A stretch of 64,000 nt of DNA from Lingula anatina. Lineage: Eukaryota > Animalia > Brachiopoda. This document shows positions 12,794-27,800 of this stretch, piece after piece. Where the stretch lies: positions 16,616,001 to 16,680,000 of the forward strand of contig CM120646.1 in the NCBI GenBank assembly GCA_051362555.1, in the 5' to 3' direction. The position numbers were made by a program, and so were the translations under genes. The notes beneath the pieces were generated by a model, which was not told the origin of the DNA, ran no database searches, and saw only the letters and a list, made by a program, of their open reading frames with translations. How positions within the stretch are numbered: the first letter of the stretch is position 1; every line of letters starts with the position of its first letter.

Positions 12794-12794
<1 letters not shown>

Positions 12795-14638
12795 GAGAGA
12801 AACGCTTTTCGTGTCGGGAGTCCGTTTTTCAATTGTTCTTGGCCGAAAACGTCGTCCTCTTGAATTGTACTACCGCCGACTTCCAAGCCACCATCAAATG
12901 ATGAGAACCTTGCGTGCCCCTGACTGTTAAGCTCTGCTAATGAGAGAGGAACACATGCGTCGAACAAAGATGGTACTGTGGTGTGATGAATGGCTGGGTT
13001 GAAATGTTAACGGGCTGAATTTTGTAGGAGTGTCTCAGTGTATTGAAAGATTTTTTTTTAAGTTTCGCTTTATTTGCATTATATCATTATAAAATGCATT
13101 ACTATACTTTTATTGCTGAAGTTCAACCCACCTCCTTGTCTTAAACAGATTTTAAAAATGATTGATGCAATTTTATTAGATCTAGACCCCTCATATTCCT
13201 GTTTTTCCGTAAAGCATATTAAAGATACAGAAAACTGTTTATTTGTGATTTTAGAGTACAATTAGTTCCTAGTTCAATTTTTATTTTATGGACAGTGCTG
13301 CTCCTGGAATTTAGGCTGCTTCTCTCTCTCTTATACACACGCACACACTAACACGTTGTAAATTTTTACTACTTCAGGTAATCATGATCTATAATTGAAA
13401 TTGATGGATTGGTACAAATTTATCCTGAGCGTAAATTGTTGTTCTTTCACAAAATCACAATGCGTCATTCAGTTTTCGCAACAATGGGTGGTTGTTTCTA
13501 TATATAAGTAAAAAAACATTTACTTCTAGTTCCTTTTCTTTGTTCTTTACACTTCACTTGTGTTGAAAATAATAGACGTATATAGGCTCAGGTCTTTTTT
13601 TTCAGTGATCAATTTTGTCTCAGTCTTGAGAAGTTTCCATCTTTTTTTCGAATTCTTTGCCATATCTCAGAGTAATTCTAAATCAATTATCATGAATCAA
13701 TTATTAAGGCCAGACAAAATTAATAAGTTGGTCTACAATATATGGCAGTTGTAGATGTTGGGTTATTTATTTGTTTTTATTTTTTTCTGGGGTGGGGGAG
13801 AAATGTAAAATCCACACTGTGGGTGATTTGAGAGAGTTAAAACAGCGAATCTTTTGCAAATTCTTCCGCCTACCAAACAAATGCCAAATGCATTTTTCTT
13901 TTGAATTGATCCCTAAACAATCTTGTTTCCTAAAAATGGCAAATGAGGTTGGATCGCACTCGTTAACAAACTAACAACTATTGTCTGACCTAAAGCCTTA
14001 CTTTGATGAATGCATTATTTGGTAATCATGAAACACATTGTGACCGACATGTTAATGAAATCGAAGGGGGAGGGGGGCAGGATCCCCTGACCCTCTCCCC
14101 CCTACCCCCGTTAATCCGGCACTGTAGAGTCTACATAGAGGCATATATATAGGCCTATTTTCATTTAGACCTACTTATTTGTATTTATTTATATTTTTAA
14201 ATAGGCCCCTATAGCCTATGTATTTCAGTATTCTAGTCTAAATAGTTTATGCTATTACAGTGAATTCAATTTCGTCCATTTGTCTTAAAAGTTTTAAAAA
14301 GCCCTGGTGCTCTAACAAAGCTGCAGCTCACCAAAAACGGACTGAATTTTTCTTATGAATGTGTTAGCTACTTGAATCGGCATTGCAACCTAAGTAAAAA
14401 GTAAGTTCATTAAAATGTATGTCTCGTTGAAGTAACATTATAAATAAAGCTTTGGTGAATGACCTAAAGTTAAATAAAACTAAACCACCTTATACCATGA
14501 TACATGTTAAATGAGCAAAATTAAGTCGAAGGCTATCTTTTCTTGGTTCTTTTGCAATGGAGATTGAAGTTTACAACATAGTCAAGGTCAAGGTCGCACA
14601 AACTCGAGCACTAGATGTCTGTAATTTAATTTTAAAAC

Positions 14639-17034
14639 ATGGTTAGCTTAGGGGATCAGAGAAGGCAGGGAGTGAGTATTTCACTTACAATGTTAGGTGT
14701 CATTCATGTTGCTAGTTTGCTCCAAAAATTGAGGCTGGAAATCGTTGCTTTTGATAGAACTCTAGGTGGACTTCCTCGTCTTGTGCAGTCTGATATATAT
14801 TAAGGAAGTGGATCAAATGTTATTTTACCGTTAATTTATTCATCATTGTCATTTGTGATAAAGGCAAAATAAATATCAGAAATATATTGTATTATTTAAT
14901 TTATGATCTGACCACTCTGTTGTTATTGGTGTGCGTATTTACCTGTTCATGTTGTACATGCACCTGCAGGTGATATTTTATATTTTTGAAGCATGTACAG
15001 TAGGCCTTTTTTATAATTCATTTTGTAGACCTATGCCTTTAAGTACTAATATTTTACAGTTATTATTCTTACATTCCGTCCTCTTTTATAAAGATGTAAA
15101 GGTAAATGTCACTTCATTGAATTATATTTCCATTAATTCCAGGGAGTTTTCTTTGATAGGGAAAATTCAATCAACTATGATTCTGACGATCCTTTGTTAG
15201 ACTCTGTGGTTCTGTCTGCTGACTACACTCCCCCATTTTATAAGATTCCTATCACATGGGCACTGGCCTTGGAACTGCTGATTATGGTGAGTTATCTGGA
15301 GACCTGGGACCCTTGAAGTTGTGAAAGAACTCATTGAGAGAAAGAGAGGAGGAGAAAGTGAGATGGAGAGAGAAAGAGAGGAGAGAGAGGGAGGGAGAGA
15401 AAGAAAGAGAGAGAGAGGGGGAGGGGAGAGAGAGAAAATGAGGAAGAGAGAGAGAGAGATTAAAGGAGAGAAAAGAGGGAGGCAGGGTGGGAGAGAGAGA
15501 GAGGTGGGGAGGGAAGGGGAGAGAAATGGAAGGAAAGAGAGGAGGGAGGGAGAGATGGAAGAGAGATACAGAGAGAAAGAGAGGGCAGAGGTAGATGGGA
15601 TACTGCAGGTATGGAGAAAGAAGTACACTGTAAGAGTACCATATTTAATGAACATAACAGCAAACTGATTATGCAGCATTTTGATCAACCTTGAACTACT
15701 TAACCTTTCAATGGCATGCTTTTTCTCTTTACCTTTAAAATTGATGTTTTGACTTCAGGTTGGCATTGAGGTGATTACATTTGTGGTTCCCCTGTACTGT
15801 CCCCCAGGGGACGGCAAGGATGACCCCCCAGTCTGTGGACTGTCATCGTATGCCATCACTATATATACTCATGCCTGTACCTGGTTCGTGTTTCTACTAT
15901 TTGACAGGTAAGACGGAATATTTTAAGTATGACAGACAAGGAAATATATCAGAAAATGATTTTTTTTCTTATTTGACAGATAAGACAATATCATACAGAT
16001 GTTAACTGTTTTCTTGTGTCATACACTGTTATTATAAATATCTGTGTGTATAACTATTTGGCCCAAGGGAATATATAGTTCACAGGTCTTTTACTCAGAG
16101 CATTAATGAACACTACTCGGGTCCGATGTATAATATACTACTCAGTGAGTAGTGTAATGACACATATTGGAATTACATTCACATATCAAACTGGAAAAAC
16201 ATCATAAATTCCATGCAACTTGTCTTGATATATATATATATACTCTTGATATATATATATATATATATATATATACTCTTATCGAAGAAAACATTATTCA
16301 GTTGAACATGTTAGCAAATTGGTGAAAGCCAAGTGAGTGTGAGTCCAGATATTTTATGTATATATATATATATATATATGTGATTACCAGATGTAGGAGA
16401 TATACACCATAAAGAATGCTACCAGACACTTAAATCCTTATTCAGATACAAAAGACATCACCATAATGTGAACCGCTACAGGGGGTATTTAGAATTCTAC
16501 AGGAAAACGAGGAACATAAGAAGGGCACCACTACTTATTAGTTCTGGAGGTAGGATATCATACTTTTGATAAAGAACAAATGAAAAAGTGAATCAAACAA
16601 AATCATTTTAATCAGGCAGTTTATGATTATGTAAAAACATAGTATGCATTGAAAAGCTGAAAAATTGATAATGCTGTAAAACATATACAAAAATTTGAAT
16701 TAACATAAAAAAGAAATAGTCAGCATAGTGTAAATATAAAAAGATAAAATCATTTTTCAAAAATATGATAGTGATGATCTTTTAAAGGCTGATATATTCG
16801 GCTAGCCAATTTTAGCGAGATTACATAATTATCTTGAAAGGACATTTTTGAACTTTCAGCTCATGCAATGTTGACTGTGTTAGTGATGCTACTACAAGAC
16901 TACTGCCACTCTGACACAGCATGCTCCAGTCTTCATCTCACTCGAACAAACTTCCTGCAGATAGCTGTGTCCATAGAAGTGGCTGTTATGTTGCCCTGTA
17001 TTATAGTACATATAGGTGAGGAGAGTCTGCAGCT

Positions 17035-17069
<35 letters not shown>

Positions 17070-18313
17070 TCTTAGCCTCCAGCTAAGATATTTTAAATCT
17101 ATTATTTAAAAAAATAGATTTTGAAATAATAGATATGAGAAAGAAGTGCAGCATTGCAAGTGTCATTTCATGTTTAAAAGTACAAAACTTTAATTTCATA
17201 ATCTAGGCAGTTGAGATCTACCAGTGGTTCAAAGCACATGCCTGGCTGTGGTTGCCCAGGTGACTGATAAAGCAATGGAAAAGTATTATTTGCACATCCA
17301 TGTTTTAAACTTTATTTTAATTTTGTTTTTTCTTACATGTATTTAACTTTTGGGCCAGAAGCTTCCAGAACCCTAGTGCTGAAAACCAAGATCTCATCAA
17401 ATTTATTTGTGGGCACTGATAGATACCATGTTTAAAGATCGTGTGATATGTGACAATACTTGATGAAGACTGATTTAATGCACAGCTCCAAAATATTTTT
17501 TCAGTTCATACAGTCCGTTTTAATCGCCAGAGGGCTCCACCTGATGTCCAAAGAGAAGACATGTCCTCATATCTTCACTCTCACTCTGACACGGGTTTCA
17601 GGTAAGAAAACAATAACAATTCAATGGAAATCAAAGAAATAATCATTGTTTCAAGGACAAGTCCATGGTTTCTCTGGATTATTGGTCAGGGACCTTGTCT
17701 ACAGAAATGGTTAATGCATCAGACATGGATTCAAAAATTGTATTACTGTATAAATAGCTGACATCCATTTAGATAAATTTGCCATGGAATCACCTCAAGG
17801 GTACAAGTCAATTAGGTCAACATTTTTAATTAGACCATACTTTTCCGACACAAATTGCTTCTTTTTTGCTCTCATCGCTGGCTAAACCTCACATTGGTGC
17901 CCCCTTAAAATAGCTCGCAGGGCACGGTGCCCAACCTGCTACACTCTTTTATTGATCCATGATAATAAAAATTGGCATATGTTGAGATAAATAATGGCAT
18001 GAAAATGAACAGAAGCTCTCATTAGTTGTATTTTCTCCTCTAATCCATAATGTTGATGAACTCAGAAAGATCAGTTCACCAACTTCATATAACAATTTTG
18101 AGTTGTGTTGAAATCTCCCAATTTTTAATATTTATTTTAATATTCATTTATTCATTTATTGCTAGGGAGGAAGATTACTTGGATGAAGTACTGGAGAAGC
18201 AGGCAGACATGATCAAATATTTAAAACAACACAATGCAAACTTAGGCAAGAAAATACTGCAACTCACACGCCAGCTAAATGACAGCGGCTCACGACCTGT
18301 GAACCCAAGTTAA
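14639..18313 (+). CDS. TMEM192: Transmembrane protein 192 (lysosomal membrane protein), 276 aa
   Basis: Exons 14639-14671, 15143-15286, 15759-15907, 16446-16549, 16860-17015, 17505-17601, 18166-18313; phases consistent, 831 nt. Motifs match remembered TMEM192: DDPLLD dileucine, four hydrophobic segments, YRGYLEFYRKTRNIRR, RFNRQRAPPDV, DTGFR, LDEVLEKQADMIKYLKQHNANLGKKIL. Confidence 0.92.
15337..15600. repeat. GA-rich polypurine low-complexity tract in TMEM192 intron 2
   Basis: Direct read; explains the spurious E/R-rich and S/L/P-rich ORFs. Confidence 0.9.
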
Positions 18314-20325
18314 ATGTACATTTTGATTTATGGAAATGAATGTTTAAATTTTGCTGACCACTTTGTGTTCTTCTCATTGGGGATGCATTATAGTCTACAG
18401 TGATAAGTCAAAGTCAAAACAGCAAAGTTTGTGATCAGTTCTTTAGCAACTGAAAAGTTCACTTTATCGTGGAGGAGGAAAATGGCTCACTGTTATGGAG
18501 AATTTAAGACAGACTTTACGTTGAATTATCTGAAATTTTAACTGCATTTCTACAGCATTATCTTGAAGACCTGAATATCCATCATGAATTGTGACTTTAA
18601 ACTTACAAACTTTTGATATGTATGGATATATTAGGGTTTGAGTAAGGCGAACAATATTGTATGACAATATAATTTTAACGAACATTTATGAATGTGTTAA
18701 ACCTAATATGGACAATAACTTGTAAGAGAGATGCACTGCATTTTTTTATTTAACTTCAAGGTAACACCTTGAAAGCTTTCTATGTACACAGTCTATCTGC
18801 ATGTCTATCAAATATAAATGGTTAAAGCTTTATTTTATTTGAGTTATACTTTTTATAGTATTTTTACAAACTCACTGCTTCTTTTTCAAGGGGATGGAAC
18901 AAGGTTCTTTGAGTAAAATGATTATTCTGGTATTTGTCTCTTTTTACACACACTGCGCTTCAAATGCACCAAGTCACTTCTTATCTTGGCTGTCTTCGTC
19001 CCATACGTACCCATAAAAAATATTACAGGTGATGAGCTTACTCATACCCGATTTTTACAAAATGTTGCTAACAGGCAAACAGATAGACGAAGCCAAAAAC
19101 ATATTCTCCATGGCAATGTAAAGAATATTTTGGTGTGATGCTTCGTCTAAATTTTAGCAACAAAAACTCAAGGTATTTTATACCAATAATGAAAGTAAAA
19201 TGTAGAAACAGTTACGGACCAAACAAGACGTACTTATTTTTTAAATTTCTGGTCACTAACATCGTTATCGTAGCAGAAGTTCTATCAGGCGCTGACAAAT
19301 TTGTGAAAAAGTTTTTTATTCACCATAAGTTCTAAATAATCTTTGGACAATAGAAAGCAGGAGATCTGTGAAATAAGTATAGGGACTTTTGGCTTTGTAC
19401 AGATATGAGCTCCAAAGAAGATATGGCCATTTTTATACATAACATTCCCCCGTGTACATTTCTATTACGGACAGGCGTCACGTTTGTCGTCGCCAGGCAC
19501 TTCTACAATACTGTTTTACTGGTAAACACAATAATTTTAAGCAAAGCAGTGGTACTAATTATTCCCAAATTTGTATAAGGGATTCACAGGGCTTATCACT
19601 GTTCGAGTTCGAAAACTAGCCTGATTGAATTTGAAGTTTTCGTGTGATTTCTTTCTTTTTTTTTTTTTCATTTTCCACAAATAATTTTTTCAGGTGTGGA
19701 TGTAAAGTTATCTTTCAATGCCACTGCTTCCATTAGTTTTGATATTTCCAATATATACCAACATATCTGTCCATTTCGTAGCTTTGCTGCCTTGTCTGTG
19801 CATATTGTTGCAGTGATTTTCTGTTTGTCTGTATATTTGCCAGCTTTGCTATATTTAGTTTCCAGCCGTATGTTAAGTCGGTTTCTGCGTCCTTGTAATA
19901 TCTAAAGTGCATGCACAAGCAAATGATAAAAACACGTGATTTGTGTTAGACGACTCCATCTGACAGTCCAAGTTCGCTATGTTTCGATTTAAGATATTAA
20001 TATCGATGGGTGCACTGGTTTACTGTAAATTAAAGTTGCGACTGCGAGTATAAACGTGCCCGTTTCATATCCAAATTGCCTTATGTCAGAATCATTTGAG
20101 CAGCCTGCGATGTGCCTAGAATATATGCCGTATAGTTGAACTAAAATTGTGGAGACCAAAAGCAGCTGTATATAAAAATTTAGCAGAGTTTTTCCTGTTC
20201 ACGGAATTAATTAGAGAAAAGCGCACGTGAGCCCTTGTTCACTTATTAAGGTGGGCACTCTGACGTCAAACAAATGACCTAACAGTACATCTCATTGGTA
20301 ACCATGAGGCCATCAAGCGAGCCGC

Positions 20326-21786
20326 TCACTGTCCGACGTCATTGCCAGATTCGTATATTTCATTGTCCACTAGAAGAATAACGCTATCATATGCCGTATT
20401 CTCTACGTCTTCGCTCTCGCCAACTTTAGAGTAACGGGCTTCACTATAATAATCGCTCTCATTGGTCCTTTCTTTGTCGTCTGCCTCTAGATCTGACTTA
20501 TAGAGTTCATTTTCTACCAATATTACATCATCCGACAGGTCGAGCGTATCTTGTTTGATGCCGCATGCATTTGTAGTGCTGCCCTCTGTCGGACCATTCT
20601 TATGTCCTGTTTGGGATCGTTGCTCAGTTCTTTGAGGTTTTGTTTCTTGGTCGTGAATTTGCCATCTAGCGATCCTGGTGAAGTCGTTTTCTACGTATAC
20701 GTACATATCAGGATTCTTCCTCGACTGATCATCAGTGCGATTGGAGTCCATAGAGGCAAATGCCAGGTCTCCCACAGAACTTTTCCTAAAAATAGAAAGT
20801 ATTTTTGATGTGTTGCTTTTTTGTGTCCTTATTTTTCTAGCAATGCTAGACGAAAAAGAAGTTTGATAAGCCGTAGCATTACAAAGCAGCACTATTTTTA
20901 AGTTGAATCATATATTTTAATCTCAATTTACTTTAAATGATAATAGAAGCGAACCGTTACCTGAGATGCCTTACATAAAGTGCTATACCAACGATGAAGG
21001 CAATTACAAGAACAGCAGCTGTCAAGCCACCAACCATCGGACCAACATCACCTATAAATATTTATCATAACTTGTTTTCCGATTAACTGATCAGAATTTA
21101 TAAAATTAACATAAATGGACACGCAAAAACGTTGAAACAACTTGCAAAAGCAAAAACAAAAAAAAAGAGAAAATGGAACAATATCAGCACAAGGTATTCT
21201 CTTCCCAAGATATACCTGCTCTTTACAACTTTTATTAAAGTGATAAACGTGTTGAATCAGAAATTTCAAATCGCCATGAATCTTTCTATGTAAGCAAAAG
21301 GCGGTTGAAAAGCTTTTTGACAACCTGTGATTTATAATGTATTCGACCTATAACATACAAATGCTGCGTACCTTAAGGAAATACCTTTTTCTTGCTAGAT
21401 GTTTCTCTTGTAAATAATTTATTCCCACAGTTGCTGTGGATGAAAATCCTTCAATGGGAGACTGTTCCCATATCTTTCGTTGCATGACTAACGACTTTAT
21501 ACCAGACAATGCTTTCCGTGATTTAGAAATACTATAAGAACAAAGCTAGGTAAAGGTACTATGTGCACGAGTCCTACCTGAATTTGCTGATGCCTCTATT
21601 GCTTGCTTTTCTGCACTTGGCCCTGTGTGAAATTAAAATGTAACCATTTACACGTATAGCCTCAAAAAGACGAGTTCACGAATGTCACTAGGCTTAACAA
21701 GTACGCCATTGGCCTTTTCAAACGTAGTAATGACTAGCTTACTTTTTAAGGTGAATGTCTACTACAAGATCTGGAGGAAATTTGAC

Positions 21787-21832
<46 letters not shown>

Positions 21833-24800
21833 AAACGGGAAATTGAGCTAAAAGAATAAGGTAGCACATAACTCGAGACGGTTACATGGAGATATATACA
21901 TAGGATGCGTCTTGAGCTGGTTCGCAGAAATCAAGCCTTAGTTGATTCTTACCTGAGGAACAGCTAACTGTTAGAATCCCGAACTCTCCATGCATTGTGC
22001 ACCGGTCTGAAATAGAGTTATTTTCACTGTACCCCACGACACCATTGGCAGCAACAAACTTAATCGTCTTGCCGGACTCGCAGGTGAAGGTGGCTACGTC
22101 TCCGTATTCATAGTTCCCAGAAGTTGGTGCGACTAGCACTCCATTGTTTACTTTTGGCAGCTTACATCGCACGCCCGCACATATCGGATGAAAGTCACCA
22201 CTCTCTCCACACGTTACAACACGAGATGTGGCACCATCTGGGAACTTATAGCCTCGTTTGCATTTCATTTTAACTGTATCTTCAAAATAAATAGGCTGGT
22301 GTGCATTTCTGTTGTCATCGAGATCGAAGTCCATCTGAGTGTCATTTGCTATCGTGCATGCGCGTCTAACACAGTTTGGAAAGTCATATCCGAGGGTAAT
22401 ATTTTTTCGGCACGGAATGGAGACAGAATCGTTCCCATTTTCAAAAATAAATCCAGGTCGGCATTTAATATCAATTATGGGACCACTTCTTGTCGAGGTG
22501 TGTCGTTGGCCTAGAAGTTTAATTCCAGGTGGAAGTCTCATATTTGGACACAGTTTAGGAGTGCAGACTGGGATATTTGTCGAACCGTTTCCAAAATCCA
22601 TCCCACCAAAATCGAAGACTCCTGACCCAGAACAGACCGCGCCCAGTGTGTCGTCATCCCTCCCAGGGACGGCGTAACCGTCTTCGCAACGAAATTCCAC
22701 ATAATCTAGATAAACATACGGAGGTGTGCTTAAGGCTAACAGGTTGGTATCTTCGTCTGGAACTGGGCATTGGATTCGCTCGCATCTCTGAAGCTTTGGA
22801 TGAAAACGACCGTCTTCTCTGCATGTAAAACTGCTGATTTTGGTACAGTTCGGAAATCGAAACCCTGTCTTGCATAAGACGAAAACTGAATTGTCGACGT
22901 AAAAAGTGCCTCTCTTTGACAACATAACCATATTTTCATCTATTTCGGGAAACTGGCACGTGACTTGTTTGCCTTATAAAATATATATTAGGATTTTCAC
23001 CATTACAGAAGCGGTTTATAGAAAAAAATTTAAAATGTTCGATTAGGGTATAAATTATTTTTTATAATTGCTTCCTGATCAATTAGTAGTAGTAGGCCTA
23101 GTAGTAGAAGAAGTAGTAGTAGATGTAGTACATGTATTACAGGCAGTACTTATACTACAATACCCACAACATAATTTGACATGCCCATGCCTCATCATAA
23201 CAAATACAAAGAGCTTAACAATGATTTGGTTGTGAAACATATTGATGAGACGTCTGGATACTCACAGTGAATTGGATGGTCCAGGAAACCGTTGACCATA
23301 CACGTCGCTGTTCCCGAGCTCTTCCCAGCTGTGGCAAACCCACTGTGACATCGATAACTGACCTTTTCTCCGTATCTAACAACACTGGTGAAATTGTCCA
23401 CAGTGTTGACCGGTGAAACGTCACATGTTGTTTCTACATACGTGAAAAAAGGTTGAAGGTCATTTGTAGTATGTAAGCTAATATAACAATGAAATTTTTA
23501 ATTTTTTTTCAAAACTTTCACTGTGTCATTTGTAAAAAAAAAAAGGGTGTGTGGACATCATATATCATCTTATCGTGTATACTGGCGGATGTAACCAGCT
23601 TAATCAAATTAAAATACTGGTTCAGAATTCATTTTAACCACGATCCAAGTTATCTTGGATCTTACACATTTACACACACTGGACAAAAGAAGTGTCACCC
23701 CTACTGAGCCAATACTATGGGGGAGATAAATGACTGTGGAATGATATGCTCCTGGTATCATGTTATTAACATCAAATTTCACAAAAAATCACAAAATGAG
23801 AACAAAATATACATTCTACCAAAATATGCAGTTTCAAGTCAAAAATTAGTACTTAGTGGCATAGCCACGTGACCTAATAATAGGTGCCAGTCTACGAAGC
23901 AAAGTGTCATATAATTGTCTGATGCGTTCAGGGCTTATGATGGCCCAAGCATGAAACACTGAATATAACAGAGTTTCTCTGCTGGTTAGACGGGCATTTG
24001 TCAAAAGTTTTGACATAACATTAGACACATTTTCTATTATGTTTGCATCTGGAATCTGGGCAGGCCACATCACCCTGCAAATGTCCTGTTGGTCAAACCA
24101 ATCATCAACTGCTCTGGGCCTGTGACAAGGAGCATTGTCATCCTGGTAAACAAAGGGATAATTCCTGTCACCAAACATGTTAGTAATAGATGGTAGCAAG
24201 CCTGACTCCAAAACATCGATATATTTCTAGTGATTCATATTTCCATTTACCACTATCAATTCGCCCAAGCCATGGATGCTGATGCAGCCCCACACCATGA
24301 TGAATATGCTGCTCCGGGTTCGAAAATTCAGTGCATGTGGTTCAAATGCTTTACCAGCAGTTTGCCAACATAGTACCCGTCTGTCATCAGAGGTCAGACC
24401 AAAGCGACACTCATCAGAAAAAAAATATAGGACCAATTGCCCTGAACTGTCCAGTTCCAGATCCTGTTGACCCTAGTTTACTCTACGTTGCCTGTTTTGT
24501 AACGATATAAGAGGTTTCAGTCTTGCTACCCTGCTGTACACTCTTTGAGCATGTAACCGACGCCTAGCAATTTTCACAGACACATTCTTATGTGTGAAAT
24601 TGTTCCACTGTGTTGTCAACTGACAAGCAGTGTCGAACTTTGACAACCTTGACGTCAAAATCAGTCGTCTGTCTTCACGGCCAGTATTTTTTCTTGGACG
24701 ACCCATCAGAGGCAATTTGTCTCTTGATCCAGTGTTTCTTTACCGAGACCAGACCCTCTGCACGGTTCTGACTGAACAATTCAATTGTATCGATATTCTG

Positions 24801-27800
24801 ACATTGCTTATATTTCGCCTCTTCAGGTTAATAACTTGCACCTATAACCGTTAGATAATTGCCTGTATCTTGCCATATTGGAAGAAGACAGGAATAACAT
24901 TTGCTGTACATGTACAAGACCAACAATACAAATCCATGGTATAGCGGTTTTATACTCATTTGTCACATTATAAGTAGACCAGGCATTATAAGTACCCAAA
25001 ATCTGCCTACTTTTATTACTCTGAGTTAGGGGGTGACACTTCTTTTGTCCAGTGTGTGTAGTTTAAAACGACAACAAATATCCCTCTATTTTACTATTTG
25101 CCGACTATACGTCTAGGCTTTGACTCCACGTAGGCCTACCATTTGCGCAGGTTTTCCCACAGCGACCTTTATAACATCCGCATGTGGTACGATCTATACA
25201 GGCACCATCATCACAGGGAGAGCTGCATGAACTACCTGGGACAGACCAACAGGTGATATTTTATTATTAATCTGACAAGACATGTTGTCAATGAACTGAA
25301 GTGAAAAAAGACCAAATATACACAACCCCATTACGCACACGCGCGCACAAACACACACCCACGTGTCAACCATCTTCATGTCCTGACGAAGCCTGGGTAT
25401 GTTTCTTTGGCATAGAATAGTTCTATAATGATATTAGAATTACTAAGCAATAAAATGCCTTACTATTAGATTTTGAGGACTTTGTATTGATACATACTAA
25501 TTTTACATTTTTATTGTGTATAGATATATTATACAAAGATATATAAAGAAATATATTACAGAAGAGAAGGGTTATATTATCCGCATATTCAAGTACAACT
25601 ATTTAGCTCTAGGATCTATCACTGCATGAAAAAACACCTTTTATCGCCTTTCATTCATCTACAAAATGTTATCGAAAGATGATCCCTCATCTTTCATCAT
25701 CCTTTCCTGACGAAAAGGTCATCTTTCACCTTTCATTTGTAAAAGGTCATCTTTTTATCAACTTTTACCTCTCGGAAAGACCGTCATTCACATTTTCATT
25801 AACTTTCAGTTTTCAAAAGTTCAACTATCACCTTTTACAGTACGAAAGGCCACCTTACATTCCAGCTTTTGTTAACTGGAAAGGTCACATTTTGTTTATC
25901 TTTTATTTTCTGAAAGCTTAAGACTAATTTTATAATAATGCGTGGTGATCTTTTGTATGTATACTATTTATTTTATGTACAGGACTTAATTCCGTATCTT
26001 ACATTAAGCGCATTATGGAAAAAGCGAATACTTTTGCAAATTGTTTGCATGATGAAATGTTTTGCACTTTGATTAAAGTATTTAACTGATAGATTGAATG
26101 TGGTGATTTGCATTTCGGAGAAATAATTATGCAATCTTGCATTGGCTGGAGTTTATGTATAAATATATAGCATTCAGTGCAGTAGAAGAAGTGTTCACCG
26201 AATTTAACTTGAGGTAGACATATAATTTTGACGGTTTAAACGACAAACAACTTTCAGAATCGAAAGTAACTTAAATTTTTATTCCAATATCGTCAGGGCT
26301 TAAATACAGCAAATAAAAAATAATATGTCAGAGGTCACATCTCCATATTTGCCTAGATAATTACTTTCACAGGAAATAATCTCCATGCTTCTGGACAGTA
26401 GCTTATTATGTCAGGATTATAGCATTGGTTGCACCAAGTCAAAATAGTGTTTGAGGTCACCTCTCCATAATTTGCCTGGCTAGAGGATTGTCTCTTAACA
26501 GAAAACCACCCCTCCTTGACAAAAAAGGTTATAGGATCTCTCATCACTAACTTTGTTATTTGTAGTTATGTCAGTATTAGCATTGATTGTATCAAGTCAA
26601 AAATTATAATTACAATAAATGTCAGAGGTCACCTCTCCATAGTTTGCCTGACCAGATGATCGTTTCTAAGGAGAAAACCACTCTAAAATTGTTATGATGT
26701 GTTTTAAACTCCAGAGAGCAAGTTTTACCTTTTACATAATCCCTAATAGTAAGGCCCTGGGCATGATGGAAATATTTAACCGAAGTTAGATAGGTAGTAA
26801 TCAACTATGCAATTTGAATTTGTTTATATTGGAACTGGTTATATTACTGACAGACTGTTACTGTTTGCATATCCTTCATTCATCTTGCTTACACTTCTGT
26901 AGTTAATCTTAATATCAGAGGAAAATTATCAACCATACATAACTGTTTACTTATTCTCTTGCTCAGAGCGAGTCAGTCTCCCCTTTACCATTTTAGCATG
27001 TTTAATTCCATAAATCTGACGGTGAGGGGGTCTGAGGTAAACACAAAGAGGTTATACATGTAGGTTAACAATTTCTATTGTAGCTGCAGACTGGGAATTC
27101 ATGTATAACAGGAGCACAGGAATGCAGCCTTCTTTTAGATGTTCATCTCTTTTCTTGTGACGACAGGCACTGCTTTTTCATCCTTGTGACGCCCAATTCC
27201 TTTATAAAAGAAAAGACATACTGAATAATAGAGACATGACAAAAACACTTGACAATATTTTTCTGAGAACTTAATTCTTTTCTATAATGTGCAGCTGTTT
27301 TAAATAGTGTCATTTTCGGTTGTATAAGGCTGTATTCCCAGACCTTTTAGATTGATCTATCCCCGCGGGGAGTCTCACTAGATTACTGTCAGAGAATCCG
27401 GCTTAAATGTCCGTCCCGCCTACTACAAGCTGTAAGGGGGTAATTAACTTTCGTGTCCACTCGGCTGACAGCTATTTAGCGTGAACCCCCAGGGAGTTAG
27501 GTAGATCTAAAGTAGATCGATCTAAACTCTGGAAATGGGGTCTAAGTCGAATCCATCCCCTTTCACATTAAAGCACCCCCTTGTAATCCAACACATGGGA
27601 ATATTCTAACACTTTTAAAAATGACAACCCCTTGTTGTTACCCTGTATCGTGGACGTGCACATACTGTATATTTCAAAAATCCACAGTGAGTAACAGGTC
27701 AAACGTTAGAACAGACAAAAGCCAAGCCCAATGAAACTCAGTATAACTCGATCCTTTCTCGAGAGACGGCTAAATTACCCTGCAACATGCAGTGCATCGA

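Noticed and set aside
12668-12967. Poly-Asn and poly-Ile ORFs
   Set aside because: Produced by the (ATT)n microsatellite. The adjacent GC-richer segment could be a retroposon end but nothing diagnostic is visible.
15197-15688. E/R-rich and S/L/P-rich ORFs
   Set aside because: Translation of an intronic GA tract in TMEM192.
16391-16445. Alternative upstream acceptor for TMEM192 exon 4
   Set aside because: It gives phase 1, but the preceding exon ends in phase 2; 16446 fits.
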